Shown here: positions 39,161-51,636 of the stretch, piece after piece
How the letters are laid out: every line of letters starts with the position of its first letter
How positions within the stretch are numbered: the first letter of the stretch is position 1
Assembly: GCA_024704765.1 (NCBI GenBank)
Contig: JAKMXF010000043.1
Coordinates: forward strand, 1 to 54,392
DNA: 54,392 bases
Direction: 5' to 3'
From: Oopsacas minuta
Lineage: Eukaryota > Animalia > Porifera
Notes under the pieces: generated by a model
Database searches by the model: none
Told to the model about the DNA's origin: nothing
The model's input: only the letters and a program-made list of their open reading frames with translations
Made by a program: the position numbers and the translations under genes

Positions 39161-40147
39161 TAGGGTCGAAACCGGTTTTTTCTTACACCGGGTTTTCTTA
39201 GTTTATTTTCATGCTCAGATTGTAAAGAATGTGGGATTTATATTCCTTTTCCATCGGTTTTTTCCGTGCAAAGAAATAGTAAGAATAACCGGTTACTACT
39301 GTAAATTTCTTTTGATGTTATGAATTGTTTATATAGAGCGACTCATTTTTCGGATGTTTGTTAACGAAAAAATGTTTAGTTACTTCTCATAAAGCATCGA
39401 ATGTGTAATTAGTTTGTATTTAGCTCCGTTCAGTAGAAAAATGGCTTTTGGGTTGACGGATTCTGATGCCTCCTTGTCGCTTCAGCATTTCAACATTTGC
39501 ATGTCAATGAGTATGCACTATGCACGACGTTTTGTTCTTTTCTTACACAGCAATTTCGTATAAAACAATTCTATACGATGTTGGTGTCTTTCGAGAGCAA
39601 ATCCATTATTAAACACTATGCGTATGTACTCTAAATTAGAGTTTGGAATCCGGATATTAAAGCTATCGTAACTAGACCTGTATCCGGATAGTAATTAGTT
39701 GAATATCCGGATAATTTGGTGAGATTTTCCCAACGAAATCCCAGTGCTGGTTGTGAAATTTTGAACACAGGAGAAGATTCTGAGGAAAATCAACCTGAAC
39801 AAGAAATTCCTGTGAAATTGTTGGGTAATTAACGCATAGTAATTCCAAACACGTAGCTGACCTCATGCTTGACGACCTAGAAAATGCTATTCGTCAATCA
39901 ACGGCTACAAACCTTGAGATACCAATCCACTTTGAAGGATGAAACCGATCTTATAAAGGCTGGGACAAAGTCTAAACACCTTACTCTACTCTTAAAGGCT
40001 TTAGATTCGATACCTCCAATAAGCATTTAATCCGAAAGAGCCTTTTCTACTGCAGGCCTATTTATAACCAAAAAATAGATCCCGGCTAGCTGACGATATA
40101 CTTGATATTTTATGTTTTCTGAAAAGTCACTTTAAGAATTTAAATGA
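39161..40147 (+). mobile_element. Degraded hAT transposon with C-terminal dimerisation-domain remnant
   Basis: About 39960-40147 reads LLLKALDSIPPISI*SERAFSTAGLFITK/RLADDILDILCFLKSHF (hAT SxxSERxFS motif) with a stop and a frameshift. TAGGGTCGAAACCGG terminus-like motif at 39161. CCGGATA repeats at 39650-39715. Confidence 0.75.
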
Positions 40148-40604
40148 TTAGATTGGATAACACATTAGTTTTGTCAAATTATTAATCACTCATAGATTTT
40201 AGTCATTGTGCCCCCAAAATGCACGGAAAAAGTAGCAAAAAATGATAGCCAATTAACCCAATTCAATTACAAAACTATTATAATTCTTACTCTTCATGTT
40301 CATCAAATTAGTTTTTGTAGCCAAGAGACTACAAAAATCAAAAGTTAAGTATAATAACTAAACAAAACAATTGTAATCATTTTTACCAATGAAATTACAT
40401 TCGAATCTGGAAATGCTGAGTGATTGTTGACACACTTGATGCATGAAAGATTGCAAGAAACAGGACAATAACCCGAAAGATAATACATTAAATACACTTT
40501 TTTCTATATGTTTAAGGTTGCATAAAACCGGCGGAAAACCCGATTCTGTATTTAGTGCGAAATCCTACTGAAAAATTATTTTTATTTAGAGATCTAGAGT
40601 TAGA

Positions 40605-42386
40605 ATGTGCATTTGTTCCTACTTTCTGTTAAGATGTTCATTACTGATACTCATCTCTATAATCTTCATACCAACATCTCTCTCACAGTGTAGTAGTGAG
40701 TTCCCTGATAACTCTAAAGTTATACTGGATTCTAATACTTATCATACAGTAGATAGTGGTGGGGTAATACAACCTGAAACTTTAGGATGGGGCAATGTTC
40801 AAGTAGATAGTATAGTATATACTGTTGGTACTTTTGATGATAAATTACGCTGGGTACCAGCTATATTAAAGACAGGTTCGTGTGGACCTGAATACGAATC
40901 TTGCTTTCAATCAACACATGTACTTTATGCATCAGTGGATATAGAAGGAGAAATGAACTGGCTAGTTAGTAGTTATTATCAGACATTAGCTAATGCTATT
41001 TTCATCAGAATTACTTGTGAAAGACATGGACATTATGAAACAGATTGTCTTAAAACATTTCAAATATTCTACTACGAGTCTGACACGAGTGTAACTCTAA
41101 CAGAATCTCTTCTCTCTCAATTCCTGCTTGCTGATAATTCTACTGATCAGCTGATGGAAGGAGGAGTTGTAGTAGCTTCATTCCCAAGATCTAAGAATGG
41201 ATTCTATATAGGATTATTGAATCAGAATCCCTGTGCACTTCTTACTGAGTTCCTTTTCTACTACTTTGAGTGTCCTGCTACAAATTCTACTTCTGGTATC
41301 TACTCTGTATCTTCTATGCTATCTCCTAGTCCAGCTGATGAAGTTATCCATGTTAATATTACCAATGTTAGCTGTATTCTCCCCTTTGTGAACAGAAACC
41401 CTATCAATCTGAGAGCAGAATGCTACTGGAACGGTACATGGAGTCTGCCTGAAGAGGATTTGTGTGTTTGTATGTCAGGTTACTACATGTTGACAGACAG
41501 CAGCAGTAGCAGCATTATATCGTGTGTTTTGTGTCCTTATAAGAGCAATACAGGTGGAAAGATAGGAGCTGTTGAGTGCTCGTGTGAAGATGACTGGTAT
41601 AGAGGAGAGGGAGAGAGCGTGAGTGAGAGTTGTGGACAGAGTCCTTCTGCTGTTGAGAATGTTCGTGTGGATATATCAACTAGTCCTTTGGAGATGACAG
41701 TTGAGTGGGATATACCTGTGTATTTGGGGCATCGTAATGAGAATCAGCTGCACTACATTGTGAGTTATTATGAGGTTGTATCTCCAGAGATTAGGAAGGA
41801 GATAATGAATTTGAAAGAGAGACAGTTAGTACTGAGTGATGATGTATCAGAGAGTACAGAGTATGTTATTATAGTGACGTCATTGAATGGAGTGAGTTCA
41901 GTGTCTGATGTGTATAACAGTGCTAATATAACTGTGCTATCTTCTTTGCCAGATTTTGATTCTATCAGTTTCAACAGTGGTATTCTGGAATGGAGCTACA
42001 CTCTGTATGGCCAGAGAGAATATGTGTTTGAATTGAGTTACTTTTCTGTAGAAAATGATACAACTTGTGTATTACACGTGAACAGCAGTGAGTGTGAATG
42101 TACAGGAGGTTACACCTGTGTGTGTACTGTGAATGTTACTGATTTGGATTCTTCTGAATCAATCAGTTTTCAATTATTCTCTGATAATTCAGGTACATTA
42201 ATTGCTACTAATCTTAGTTATTCAACTAATCTCTCTAATACTTTTCCTATTCCCTCTGCTCAGTACACAGTTGCAACAATTTTATTGGTATTTATTGGTA
42301 TTTCTTACTTTTTGTTTGTGTTTCCTCTGACAGCTTTTATTATTGTTTATTTACTATTTTGGATGTTCAAGAAATGTATAACTTGA
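40605..42386 (+). CDS. Eph receptor-like type-I membrane protein without kinase domain (LBD, Cys-rich, FN3, TM), single exon, 593 aa
   Basis: Signal peptide. Eph-LBD motifs NWLVSSYY, CLKTFQIFYYESD, GFYIGLLNQNPCALL...YFECP. Cys-rich CYWNGTW...CVCMSGYY, CPYKS...CSCEDDWYR. FN3 SPSAVENV...VEWDIP...Y.VSY...VTSLNGVS. C-terminal hydrophobic segment, then KKCIT*. Confidence 0.88.
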   Translation: MCICSYFLLRCSLLILISIIFIPTSLSQCSSEFPDNSKVILDSNTYHTVDSGGVIQPETLGWGNVQVDSIVYTVGTFDDKLRWVPAILKTGSCGPEYESCFQSTHVLYASVDIEGEMNWLVSSYYQTLANAIFIRITCERHGHYETDCLKTFQIFYYESDTSVTLTESLLSQFLLADNSTDQLMEGGVVVASFPRSKNGFYIGLLNQNPCALLTEFLFYYFECPATNSTSGIYSVSSMLSPSPADEVIHVNITNVSCILPFVNRNPINLRAECYWNGTWSLPEEDLCVCMSGYYMLTDSSSSSIISCVLCPYKSNTGGKIGAVECSCEDDWYRGEGESVSESCGQSPSAVENVRVDISTSPLEMTVEWDIPVYLGHRNENQLHYIVSYYEVVSPEIRKEIMNLKERQLVLSDDVSESTEYVIIVTSLNGVSSVSDVYNSANITVLSSLPDFDSISFNSGILEWSYTLYGQREYVFELSYFSVENDTTCVLHVNSSECECTGGYTCVCTVNVTDLDSSESISFQLFSDNSGTLIATNLSYSTNLSNTFPIPSAQYTVATILLVFIGISYFLFVFPLTAFIIVYLLFWMFKKCIT

Positions 42387-43138
42387 ATTGTTCTCAGACT
42401 CTATTATTGGTGTTTTATATTTCCTATCTTTAATTCTTTGGAGAATGCGAATCTTTATCTAATAATTGACTAGTGTAGTATTCCAGAAGAAAGTTTATAT
42501 CTTATATTATTGCTGTAGTATATTTGTATAATTAATTAATTAAATTTATAACTGAATGTCAAGTATAATCTAAATAGATGGGCAATATAGGTACTTAGTG
42601 GGGTATGGGGGTAGTCAACGTCAGGATATCCTGACGAGGGTTAACAAACTATGTTCAAAGATATTGATATTATAATACTTGTGTTTATAACTTCATACTA
42701 GTATTTTGTTCATAATCGTCGTATCGCCAAGTGTAATGACCATTTAGGAGAGTGATTTGTATAATTATTAATTAATGAATATTATCTTGGGGGTCGTTTG
42801 GTTGAGATTTTATTTTCACTATTTTTCGTAAATATAAATTTCAATCTATATTTTTACACTAAGAAATGTGAATAAGCACATATGATTACGTAAAGGGCGT
42901 GGTTGACGTATAACCAGGGTACTGTAATAATAACCTAAAGAAATCAAAAATTTGATAATAGAATTATAATAAGCCCATATTTCTATACATAGTTTGAAGC
43001 ATTTTGTGAAATAGCGGTGTTTATATAAAATCCATCTTTTATACTCACACAGATTGCTGAAAACATGATCTAATAGCAGAATATAATCAAATAGTTTCTA
43101 CTAATAAAATTTACAAGTACTGCTAGACGTTAATCACA

Positions 43139-46100
43139 CTAGACACGAATACTCCCAGTATTAATCCCATCATAAGCCTCCTTATTCAACTCAACATACA
43201 ATCCTAGCTTTGTGTCCAGATAAAACAGCTGATAAGGAATTTTAGATATATCGAATCCCTCCTCTTTCAATTTCTTCTTTTGCAGTTTAAACGTACCAGT
43301 CATGTCCACTGATGGTATTAAGCGTATAAATATGGGTCTAGCATAAACAGGAAGACTTGAACTGATTTCCTTGTATAATGTAGAGGGATCTAATTCTGGG
43401 TCTGCTATAGCTGCCATTCCTGCTTTCCCGTCTGTACCTATTAATAGAACAATATGGTTTGATGTATCTGTCAATACATTTTATAATCAGGGAATTAGAT
43501 TAAGTATAATCTATCAAACAGGCTTATCAATTTTTTGTGGATTCTAGATCTTTAAACGAGTAATTAGCTCATTATTAGGAATAATTAGGATATTCAGTTT
43601 TTGTTGATCTTTACCTGGAATTTCTACACCATACACGGCGACATCTTTAAGATTCAAAACAGACGCGATAATACTCTCCACCTCAGCTGTTGATACATTC
43701 TCACCTTTCCAACGGAATGTGTCACCTCCTCTGTCACAAAATCGGAAGTACCCGTAATCATCTTGCACCAGAATATCACCTGTACGGAAGAACCTGTCTC
43801 CAGGTTGTTCTACGTCTCTGATAATCTTGCTTGTAGTTGCTTCTGAGTTCACGTAGCCATCAAATCTTCGATCTAATAGGCCATTAGTGATAACTTTATA
43901 TAAATATCAACAATTGTATTATATTTATAGATTTAGAACATGTAGGTAGGAAAACAGCTTTAAATTCAATATGTCTCAAATATGGATAGTATTGGCGGAT
44001 GTAGCTAATGATTCATAACAAGTTATGTTCCTAAAAAGATGAAGACTATTAAATATAGTGGACCTAATAACACCGGGCAATATTGAGCAAAGTCTACTAT
44101 AGCTGTATATAAACTCACCAATTTTATTTGTAATCCTGCCGATAAGCTCACCAGGTTCACCAGGCTTACACATGACACATGTTCTATCTGCATCCCTAAT
44201 AACCTCTCCCGTATCCTGGTCTAGCTTTATGAGTAATACAGGAAATGCTAGTCCATTCAACCCCGGGATGCCAGTGAAAGTTATCGGAGAATATCCTACA
44301 CAACCCTCTTGATTCGTATTATTGATAATGTTAGCATTTCCCTCAGTTGCTCCGTAGAATTCTCCAATTCTGTCAATCTAAAGTTAATCTCAATTAAACA
44401 CCTGATTAATATTATATAGGTCAAACAGGCCAACCGTTTTTAGCCTAAATTTATAGATTTGTCCCACGTTCCGATTTTAGTAAGGAAACGGGAGTCTCAG
44501 GTGTTACTTATTATTTATTCTTTAATTTTGATTACTGCTATTTAATATAATCATTTCAATTACAGATGATATACGTAGTTCTTAAACTGGGGGAGTTTCC
44601 CTATATGAAATATATTGTCCCGCTTTTATCAGGGACTTACCGGGAAATGGCCGAATGTCCCGCTAGACATTGGTCATTTCTGTATGGGTCTGTCCTGCGA
44701 TTGTATACATTAAAGTTGGCATGTATGAAAGTTTCCAAAACCTTTCATATTGTACTTAGACTATACGTAACCTTTAGATAACACAAAAAAGTATTTAATT
44801 TTTATATCGAAAACGATAATGCAAAAATAAATCGATTACTATATGAACGTATTTGAATGCAAATAAGCAAGAATTAAGAGATTATTTGAAAATATAGTAA
44901 TTCTCGTTATAACGAAGCGCTCGGGATTTCAGTTTCATTTTGTTGTAAGCGGAGTAAAACAATTAATTTCCAGCTAAAGAATCACTTGATTATAACGAAG
45001 AATTTACTTTACGTATATTCGCACACAAAAATATTTTGAAAATTCTCTTATTACACAACTTACATTAAATCTAGTCTGAAAAGCTCTCCAAATATTTGGC
45101 TTCAATCCATTCCCATAAGCTAATCTGATTTTATGTGTACTGTCGACACTTTTTGCTGGCTGTGCCAATAAATAACGACACAGCTCTCCTATGTAAATAC
45201 AAACAGTACAAGAATGTTTGCTGCATTCAGACCAGAATTGAGAAGCACTAAACTTTAATCTCAGAACATTTTCACAGCCAAATAATAATGTCTGTCCCAT
45301 AGCGAGTACATTTCCATTAGTATGATAGAGAGGTAATACATTGTATATTACGTCATCTGAGTTCAGACGTAGCAGTTTGTGGATTGAGTATACGAGGTTC
45401 CTATAGGAATAATATTGTTGTGAATATTGAACTATTGTGTAGACATTCCGACGCCTGGATATTTCGTCCCGAAATATTCGTCGATTGAAAAATTCACTGA
45501 ACTGAATATTGTATTTCACTTGAATAGTAGCGCATCTTGACCGGAAGTCCGACATTGTGCTTCAAAGCAAAATGACTTGATTCAACACAAGTTTGAAAAG
45601 AAATTTGGAACGTCAGTATCCGCCTACTAGTAATCACCACAGCTACCTATCTCTTACTATTCGAGAAATAAGGTTTACAACTCTTTGTTTTTACGTACTA
45701 ACGAAGGATTCGTCGATTATCCAGGCACAGTACATGTGATATCAATGGGAGCATTATTAGTCTCACGAAGAGCTACGGAATATTTGCTATATGAAACTTA
45801 CCTATACTTTATGTGTGTGAATTTACATGCTTTAGGCATGCCAGTTGTTCCAGATGTATAAATATAGAAAACTGGATCAATGCTCTTAACATTCAAATTC
45901 CCTACAGCTGGTTCTGTATCCTGGCAATGTTCCGCGGCGATAAGAATATCTGTAAACTGAAACCCGACATCTATAATAAGTACAACAAGATAAGAAAGTT
46001 ATCATATTAAAACCTGTGAAATAAAGGATGCTTATTATCAATCCAAATATTTAATAAATACATATATTAGTCCAGAGTAAAGTTGCAAGAAATAGAAAAT

Positions 46101-46873
46101 TATATTACCACCACTAGAGTACATTCAGTCGGAGAAAATGGACCGAATAACAGTAATCTACTGGAATTCGTATAATTCGTATGTAATATTATGACATTAC
46201 ATATGAATTATACGAAAATTAAAAACTATTCTATACGTATATGTAGTGTCTCACCTTCAGTCGGGGCTCCCAAACAATGATATGTTACTTCCTCTCTCAT
46301 CTCTTCATAAATATCACATGCACCCGCGGCTGTTGCAGGTGTGAAAATAACCATTTTACAAGAAGCAACTCGTACTGAATGCACCAAAGATTTTCCTCTC
46401 AAATTATTATTAATCAAAGCAGTAATAACTCCAAGTTTTGAGAATGCTAGCCAAATACAAACATACTCTATTCTATTCTCACTATAAAGCGCTACTGTAT
46501 CGCTCTTTGTCACACCTAAGGACACAAAATAATTCGCTATCTTATTTATCAATAAGTTCATCTCTTCAAAACTTATTTTTCTCTCTCCACAAGTAATAGC
46601 AGTCTTTGTTCTATTTTTAGCGACTATTTCAAGCCATATATGATGCAACTGAACATTCTTTTTAGCCATTAAATCGCCTTCAATATTAATTTTGGAATAT
46701 GTGTATGCGATAAATAGATCTCTAGGCAATGTATGTGATAGTATCCGTAGCCATGGTAAACCACCAAGGAGCAGGTAAGTAAGACATAGCAGCGGCAGGT
46801 ATAGGAGACATGTTAGTGACATAAGATATGTAATGAGAAGGGATAAAGTAATTCCGAGTAAAAGTCTCCTCAT
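43139..46873 (-). CDS. SLC27A4: Long-chain fatty-acid transport protein / very-long-chain acyl-CoA synthetase (SLC27A1/4-like), 6 exons, 639 aa
   Basis: Exons (minus) 46873-46255, 45949-45802, 45400-45064, 44377-44119, 43872-43615, 43437-43139 (1920 nt). AMP motif YIYTSGTTGMPKA, LPLYH, YIGELCRYLL, EFYGATEGN, FATP motif DRGGDTFRWKGENVST, TGTFKLQK. Paralogue assignment approximate. Confidence 0.95.
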
Positions 46874-47457
46874 TATAATCTACTTGTACAAGAGGGATAT
46901 AATTATATAATAAACATAAGAGCTACCGTATTGGCGTATATAAACTTCCACTATTTCGGGATGAGATGGACCAACATTTAAATTCCTTCCTACAAAAACA
47001 AGGATGGGGTTCAGGCTTCAGGGCAAATCCAGAAAAAAACACAGGAACGAATTGTCGGTATCAGACAAAATTCCCTCACATGGAAAGCTTGGAGGACCGA
47101 CACATCATTAGGCTGTTATATTTCCATACTGGACGGGGTACCTCTCACTTTTCACACCTTTGGAGTAAATTCATATGTAATGAATACTTAGTGGAAAATG
47201 AGGTTTATAGAAACACCCCTAACCTCTTTTGTACATAAGCCAGCTGACAATATACATACACGAATATCTACATCAATCAGAAATAAAAAGAATATAAATA
47301 TAGTCTAACTCTAACACAAATACAATCTAAGAATAATATCAAATTGGCTTGTGCACCTTCCTACCTTATTAGATACAAATCTACAGGCAATGATATCAAT
47401 ACTGGGCCACTATACCTACTATAGTATAGTCGGTACAATGAAATCAAAAAGCACAAT

Positions 47458-50144
47458 TCATTTCAGCACTGTTCTTCCTGTCTCCATTGCTTCTTCCAGG
47501 TTGATCGACAGCTGACAGCTCCGTAACCATCTCCATCCTTTCTTAGCCACAAGCTTCCATTCATCTTCAAACTCACTGTACTTCTCCAGGGTTATTAAGC
47601 AGAGGAGAGTTATCCAGTGTCTCTCTGTCATCCCTTTAGGACGCAGCTCCTTGTCTTTCTCTGAGAGGTTCAATATTTTGTTAACAATATCTCCGAACTC
47701 CCAATAACCATCTGCAGTCTGTTGAGAGATCAGCTGTTCATGAGAAGATACACTTCCACCAGATGGTACCGATGGAAGGGACATATAATCAGCCTTAGTT
47801 AAAGCATCACTTGCCTCATAGCTTAACATTGCTCCGTAAGGTTCAAGATCCATTTCACTATCTAACGCGTGGCCTAAATTTTTTATACAAATGAGTACGG
47901 AAAATAAAATACTGAAATAAATACAGTGGACTCCGCTTAATAGGTTCACATGGGGATCAAGCCATTTGACTCGATTAAGCGGGATAAAGGTGTTGGCCAG
48001 ATTAACCAAAGTAATTAACCCTATTGTGTGGTTCTGTTTCTGCCCAACTGACCCGATTAACTCTGGATCTATAAACCGAGACTACTATATCTATATATAT
48101 TTAACTTACCCCGAAGACTAGACCCTTGCTGAGGAAAAGCACAACCTGGTGGTGATGGTGGAAGCGTAATCCGTTTACTGTGTCCTTTAGACTTTGACTT
48201 AGCACTGTGTCCCCTAGGTATTGCACTCTTTGCAGACCCGAGACGAGGAGCAACTCTTAAACGAGAACCACCACCTCCTGAACATCCTAAAGGGAAATAT
48301 AACGCTGGTTGAGGCGGTTTGATAATAATATGTTTCATAGATCCTTCTACCATCTTCCCTCCTCCTATGTCTACACCTACCAGAGCAGTGTGTATACACA
48401 CCAGATTAGTGTTACAACTGAGCTGTACACACTCATTCTTCTTGCTGTTTATTTTCTCCCACTCTGACAGCACTACACTACATGCTAGCTTGTGAATCCA
48501 ATCCTGCTTCTCTCCCTCCAGCTGATCACACTCTAGAGACAACTCGTGAGAGAATTTCTTGTCTTTATACTTGTAACTGAGGGAAATGGTCTGTCCCTGT
48601 AGAGACACAATAGAAGGCACAATACCATACACAACCAGTCTGTCATTAGGGAACAGGATAGGCAGGTGGCTAGGAAACAGGTGTACACCAGATGGTTTAG
48701 TCAGAGTAACATCTGTAAAGCAGGGACTCATCGCATCACTCATTAGTTTTAATATTTTACCTTGCATCCTCTCTCCCTCTCTTACGAACACTGCTCTCCC
48801 CTTTCCAGCCTCAGCCATGCCCCTAACCAGTTCACTTGACACACCAGACCCTATCCCAATAGTGAATATCCTCGCTTTACTGCAGTTATTTCGTACACAC
48901 GTTAGCACCTCTCCAGTGTTAGAGACAGCTCCATCTGTCAGAAGTATAACCTGACGTGACAGACCTGACACCTGGGGCATGCCATAAATAATCTCCAGTG
49001 GAGTCAGGACCACGGTACCCATCATGTCAGCCTGCATCTTGCTAGCATATTTCGTAGCTTCAGCTAGACTGTCAGAGTTGTACTGTCTACTGCCTTTAGA
49101 GAATAACAATCTGTAAAAAGTACCAAACCCTACTACATTGAAGGCACATCCAGGAGACAGACTACGTAGCAGTAGCTCTAGAGTTGCCCTCGCGCTTGCT
49201 ATTGCCTCTCCTTGCATACTACCACTTCGATCAATCATGAATATAATCTCAGAGCTCATCTGACCGCCCTCTATCTCCTCCTGACTGAAATGTGGCATGA
49301 AGCTTAGCATCAGAGCGGGAGAGACAGAGAATTGATGTTTCTGTTTGTCAATAGACTTCTCTTCAAATGCTGTCTGCTCGCTGGGACCTCCCCATGAGAC
49401 AGCAGGCACTGCCGGCTCTGTTGGATAGAGGAGAACAACTAAATCCTTTTCCAACGGATTGGGATCAATCAACTGCACCTGCCACACCCCTCCTTCCAAC
49501 ACCCCGGTACTAATCTTATGTGAAAGAGACTCTACTCTGCTAAGACCACCTGTATATGTAAGTCTCATTGCGATACTCAGCTCATACTTAGCTGTCACAC
49601 CTTCTCCACTCATGCTATCAGCCCCTGTAGTACTACCAGTGGTAATAGGGGTATATTTGGGTTTCAGGGTATTGGGTAGACTTAATCTGAGGGCTGCTCC
49701 CTCCTCTGTCCCCTCTTCTCTCTGCATCTCCTGCAGTAGACTCAATTTAAGCTCTGCCCTCCCTCCGGCTGACAGATTACCTAGCAACATACGGAACAGA
49801 TCCTTGTCTTCTTGCTGTCCATATAGAGCTGTTTGTCCACTGGACATAGCGTCGTCGTAATCATCTTTTGCTTCCTCTTTTCCTTTCACTTCTCCCTTCA
49901 CCACTCTCCCATCTAGCTGAGCACTTAGTCCAGTAACAACAGCCACTGAGTCTAATGGCATAACAAACTCAACCTCTACAGGAGAGCTCTCATCATTTTC
50001 ATACACCAATACTGCCTCAATGCTAGCCAGTACACACCTGCTCTCTATCCTCAGTTCTACTCTCTTCAGAGGTAAACTGCGGGGAGGTAGGTTGTAGGGA
50101 TAGATCATCAGACCGCATATGCATCTTTTCTTTTTAGAATGCAT
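47458..50144 (-). CDS. VWA5A: VWA5A-like (VIT + vWA) protein, 2 exons, 816 aa
   Basis: Exons 50144-48110 and 47873-47458 (2451 nt). VIT motifs CGL...LPLK...YEN...VEVEFVMPLD...GNL; MIDAS DRSGSM; FNVVGFG; LLTDGAV; C-terminal QQTADGYW and WKLVAKKG. Confidence 0.92.
47924..48087. mobile_element. Tigger-like MITE occupying most of the VWA5A intron
   Basis: TA|CAGTGGACTCCGCTTAAT left end with internal GACCCGATTAA repeats. Homologous to 5894-6025. Confidence 0.65.
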
Positions 50145-50372
50145 AATACTTGATTTAGCTATTGTCATATTACACAAGTAATATTATGGTTTCACTGCGA
50201 AGTGTTCCCTGTGAATAATGTGGGCTTCCCTTATAGACGGAACGGAACGGACAAACTTCTATAAGAAATTCAAAAATTGTTGTTTGTTGCACCTTTGGCC
50301 TTATAAATCGCATAACATTGTATCATGACGTGTGGTAATCAATTTCCTTAATTTGTAGCGAATTCAATAAAA

Positions 50373-50953
50373 TCTTTATTATTAAATCTCGATGGTAGTC
50401 TGTTTGTTTGTTTGTTTGTCCGTTGTCAAGGAAGGTATTTACAGTATGAAATTTGAAATTGTCGCAAAACTATGTATATATCGTGTTTATCAAGGAAGTT
50501 CTAGAATTCAATAAAAAACTTCACAATATATCGAACATGCTGAATCCGATTTTCACACTTATGGATTAATCATATGTAAATTTATTGTTGTCTTTATTAA
50601 TATAAAGTAAACAAATTAGCCAAATCTAAAAATATACGTACAGGCTTGCTCTAAACGGCTACACAGGGGTAACTAAGTACGCTGAATCCGAATTTCGAAA
50701 TTGAGGTAGAATCATACTTTCAATGGTTACACTGACGTAATCAAATATGCTGAGTCCAAATGTGATATTGTAAACAACATTTCCGAAATATTTGTTCACT
50801 TTTGGGGACATAAAGTAAGCAGATTTAAATATTAGGGCAGTATCATGTTTTGCCACGGTTAAGATTATGAGTTTATGTACTCGAGGGACGTAGGCACGAG
50901 TGTGGACACGAAGTGTTTACAACCGTGTAGCGCCAGCAAGCAAAGCTCGCTCG
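50373..50953 (+). mobile_element. Apparently full-length non-autonomous Helitron (581 bp)
   Basis: 5' A|TCTTTATTATTAAATCTC...(GTTT)n GTCCGTTGTCAAGG. 3' GC-rich block ending GCAAAGCTCGCTCG|T. The last ~210 bp match the inverted copy at 52004-52205. Confidence 0.7.
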
Positions 50954-51214
50954 TATCTTGTAAATTGTAATACCTCATGAACTTCCTTTAATCTTCTAAA
51001 TCGTGAATATTATATCGACCACCATTCGGCTGGATAACTACCTCCCTCTACCCAAGAGAATTGCAAGGGATACCAATGCCAAATGGGTAGTTGAAATAAA
51101 TTCACTCAATTATTTGGCCACTAGATAATGTATTTGACTCGAGAAAGAAGATAGTCCCCTCGGAAATACCGATAAACAGCCATATCCTGCAAATATTGTA
51201 GAAATAACAAGATA

Positions 51215-51251
51215 CTTCATCATGAGCAGTAATATACTGCTCATGATGAAG
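51215..51251. repeat. Perfect hairpin, 17-bp stem and 3-nt loop
   Basis: CTTCATCATGAGCAGTA-ATA-TACTGCTCATGATGAAG. Confidence 0.95.
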
Positions 51252-51608
51252 CATATATACAAATCCTAAAATAACTTTCATCTATCTTAGTCAAAGCATT
51301 TTACTGTATTTTCAAAATTACAAACGACAGTAATATTTTCTTGGAATTCAAGGTCGCTTCGCTTACCATGAACTAGTGGAGCGACCAATTGTTGGAGGCA
51401 AGCGTGAAAACGCCTTTGGTGTTCACAGTACTTCTATAGACCGTCATAACTCCAGCACCAACCTTCCGGATATATTCAAAAAGTATTTATCTTGTATACA
51501 TGACATACCGTTTACAAAAATACCTAAGTTTGGGTGATACATATACCACGAAAAATTTGATCCTGCTCGACCGTTCAAGACGCGATTAATCAGTTCAAGT
51601 GTATAAAG

Positions 51609-51636
51609 CTAGCAAACTACCCGTCGATTTCGACGG
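51609..51636 (-). mobile_element. Solo Helitron-type 3' terminus
   Basis: Minus strand: hairpin CCGTCGA-AA-TCGACGG, 8 nt, then CTAG. The next base is C, not the canonical T. Confidence 0.45.

Noticed and set aside
45401-45555. 52-aa N-terminal extension of ORF 45004-45555
   Set aside because: Intronic. The FATP exon starts at the acceptor at 45400.
46925-47238. 90-aa ORF between FATP and VWA5A
   Set aside because: No recognisable domain. It starts near a pogo-like terminus (TACCGTATT...CGTATA), so it is likely TE debris.
48214-49860. ORFs 48214-48399, 48586-48954 and 49459-49860
   Set aside because: Alternative-frame or antisense shadows of the VWA5A exon.
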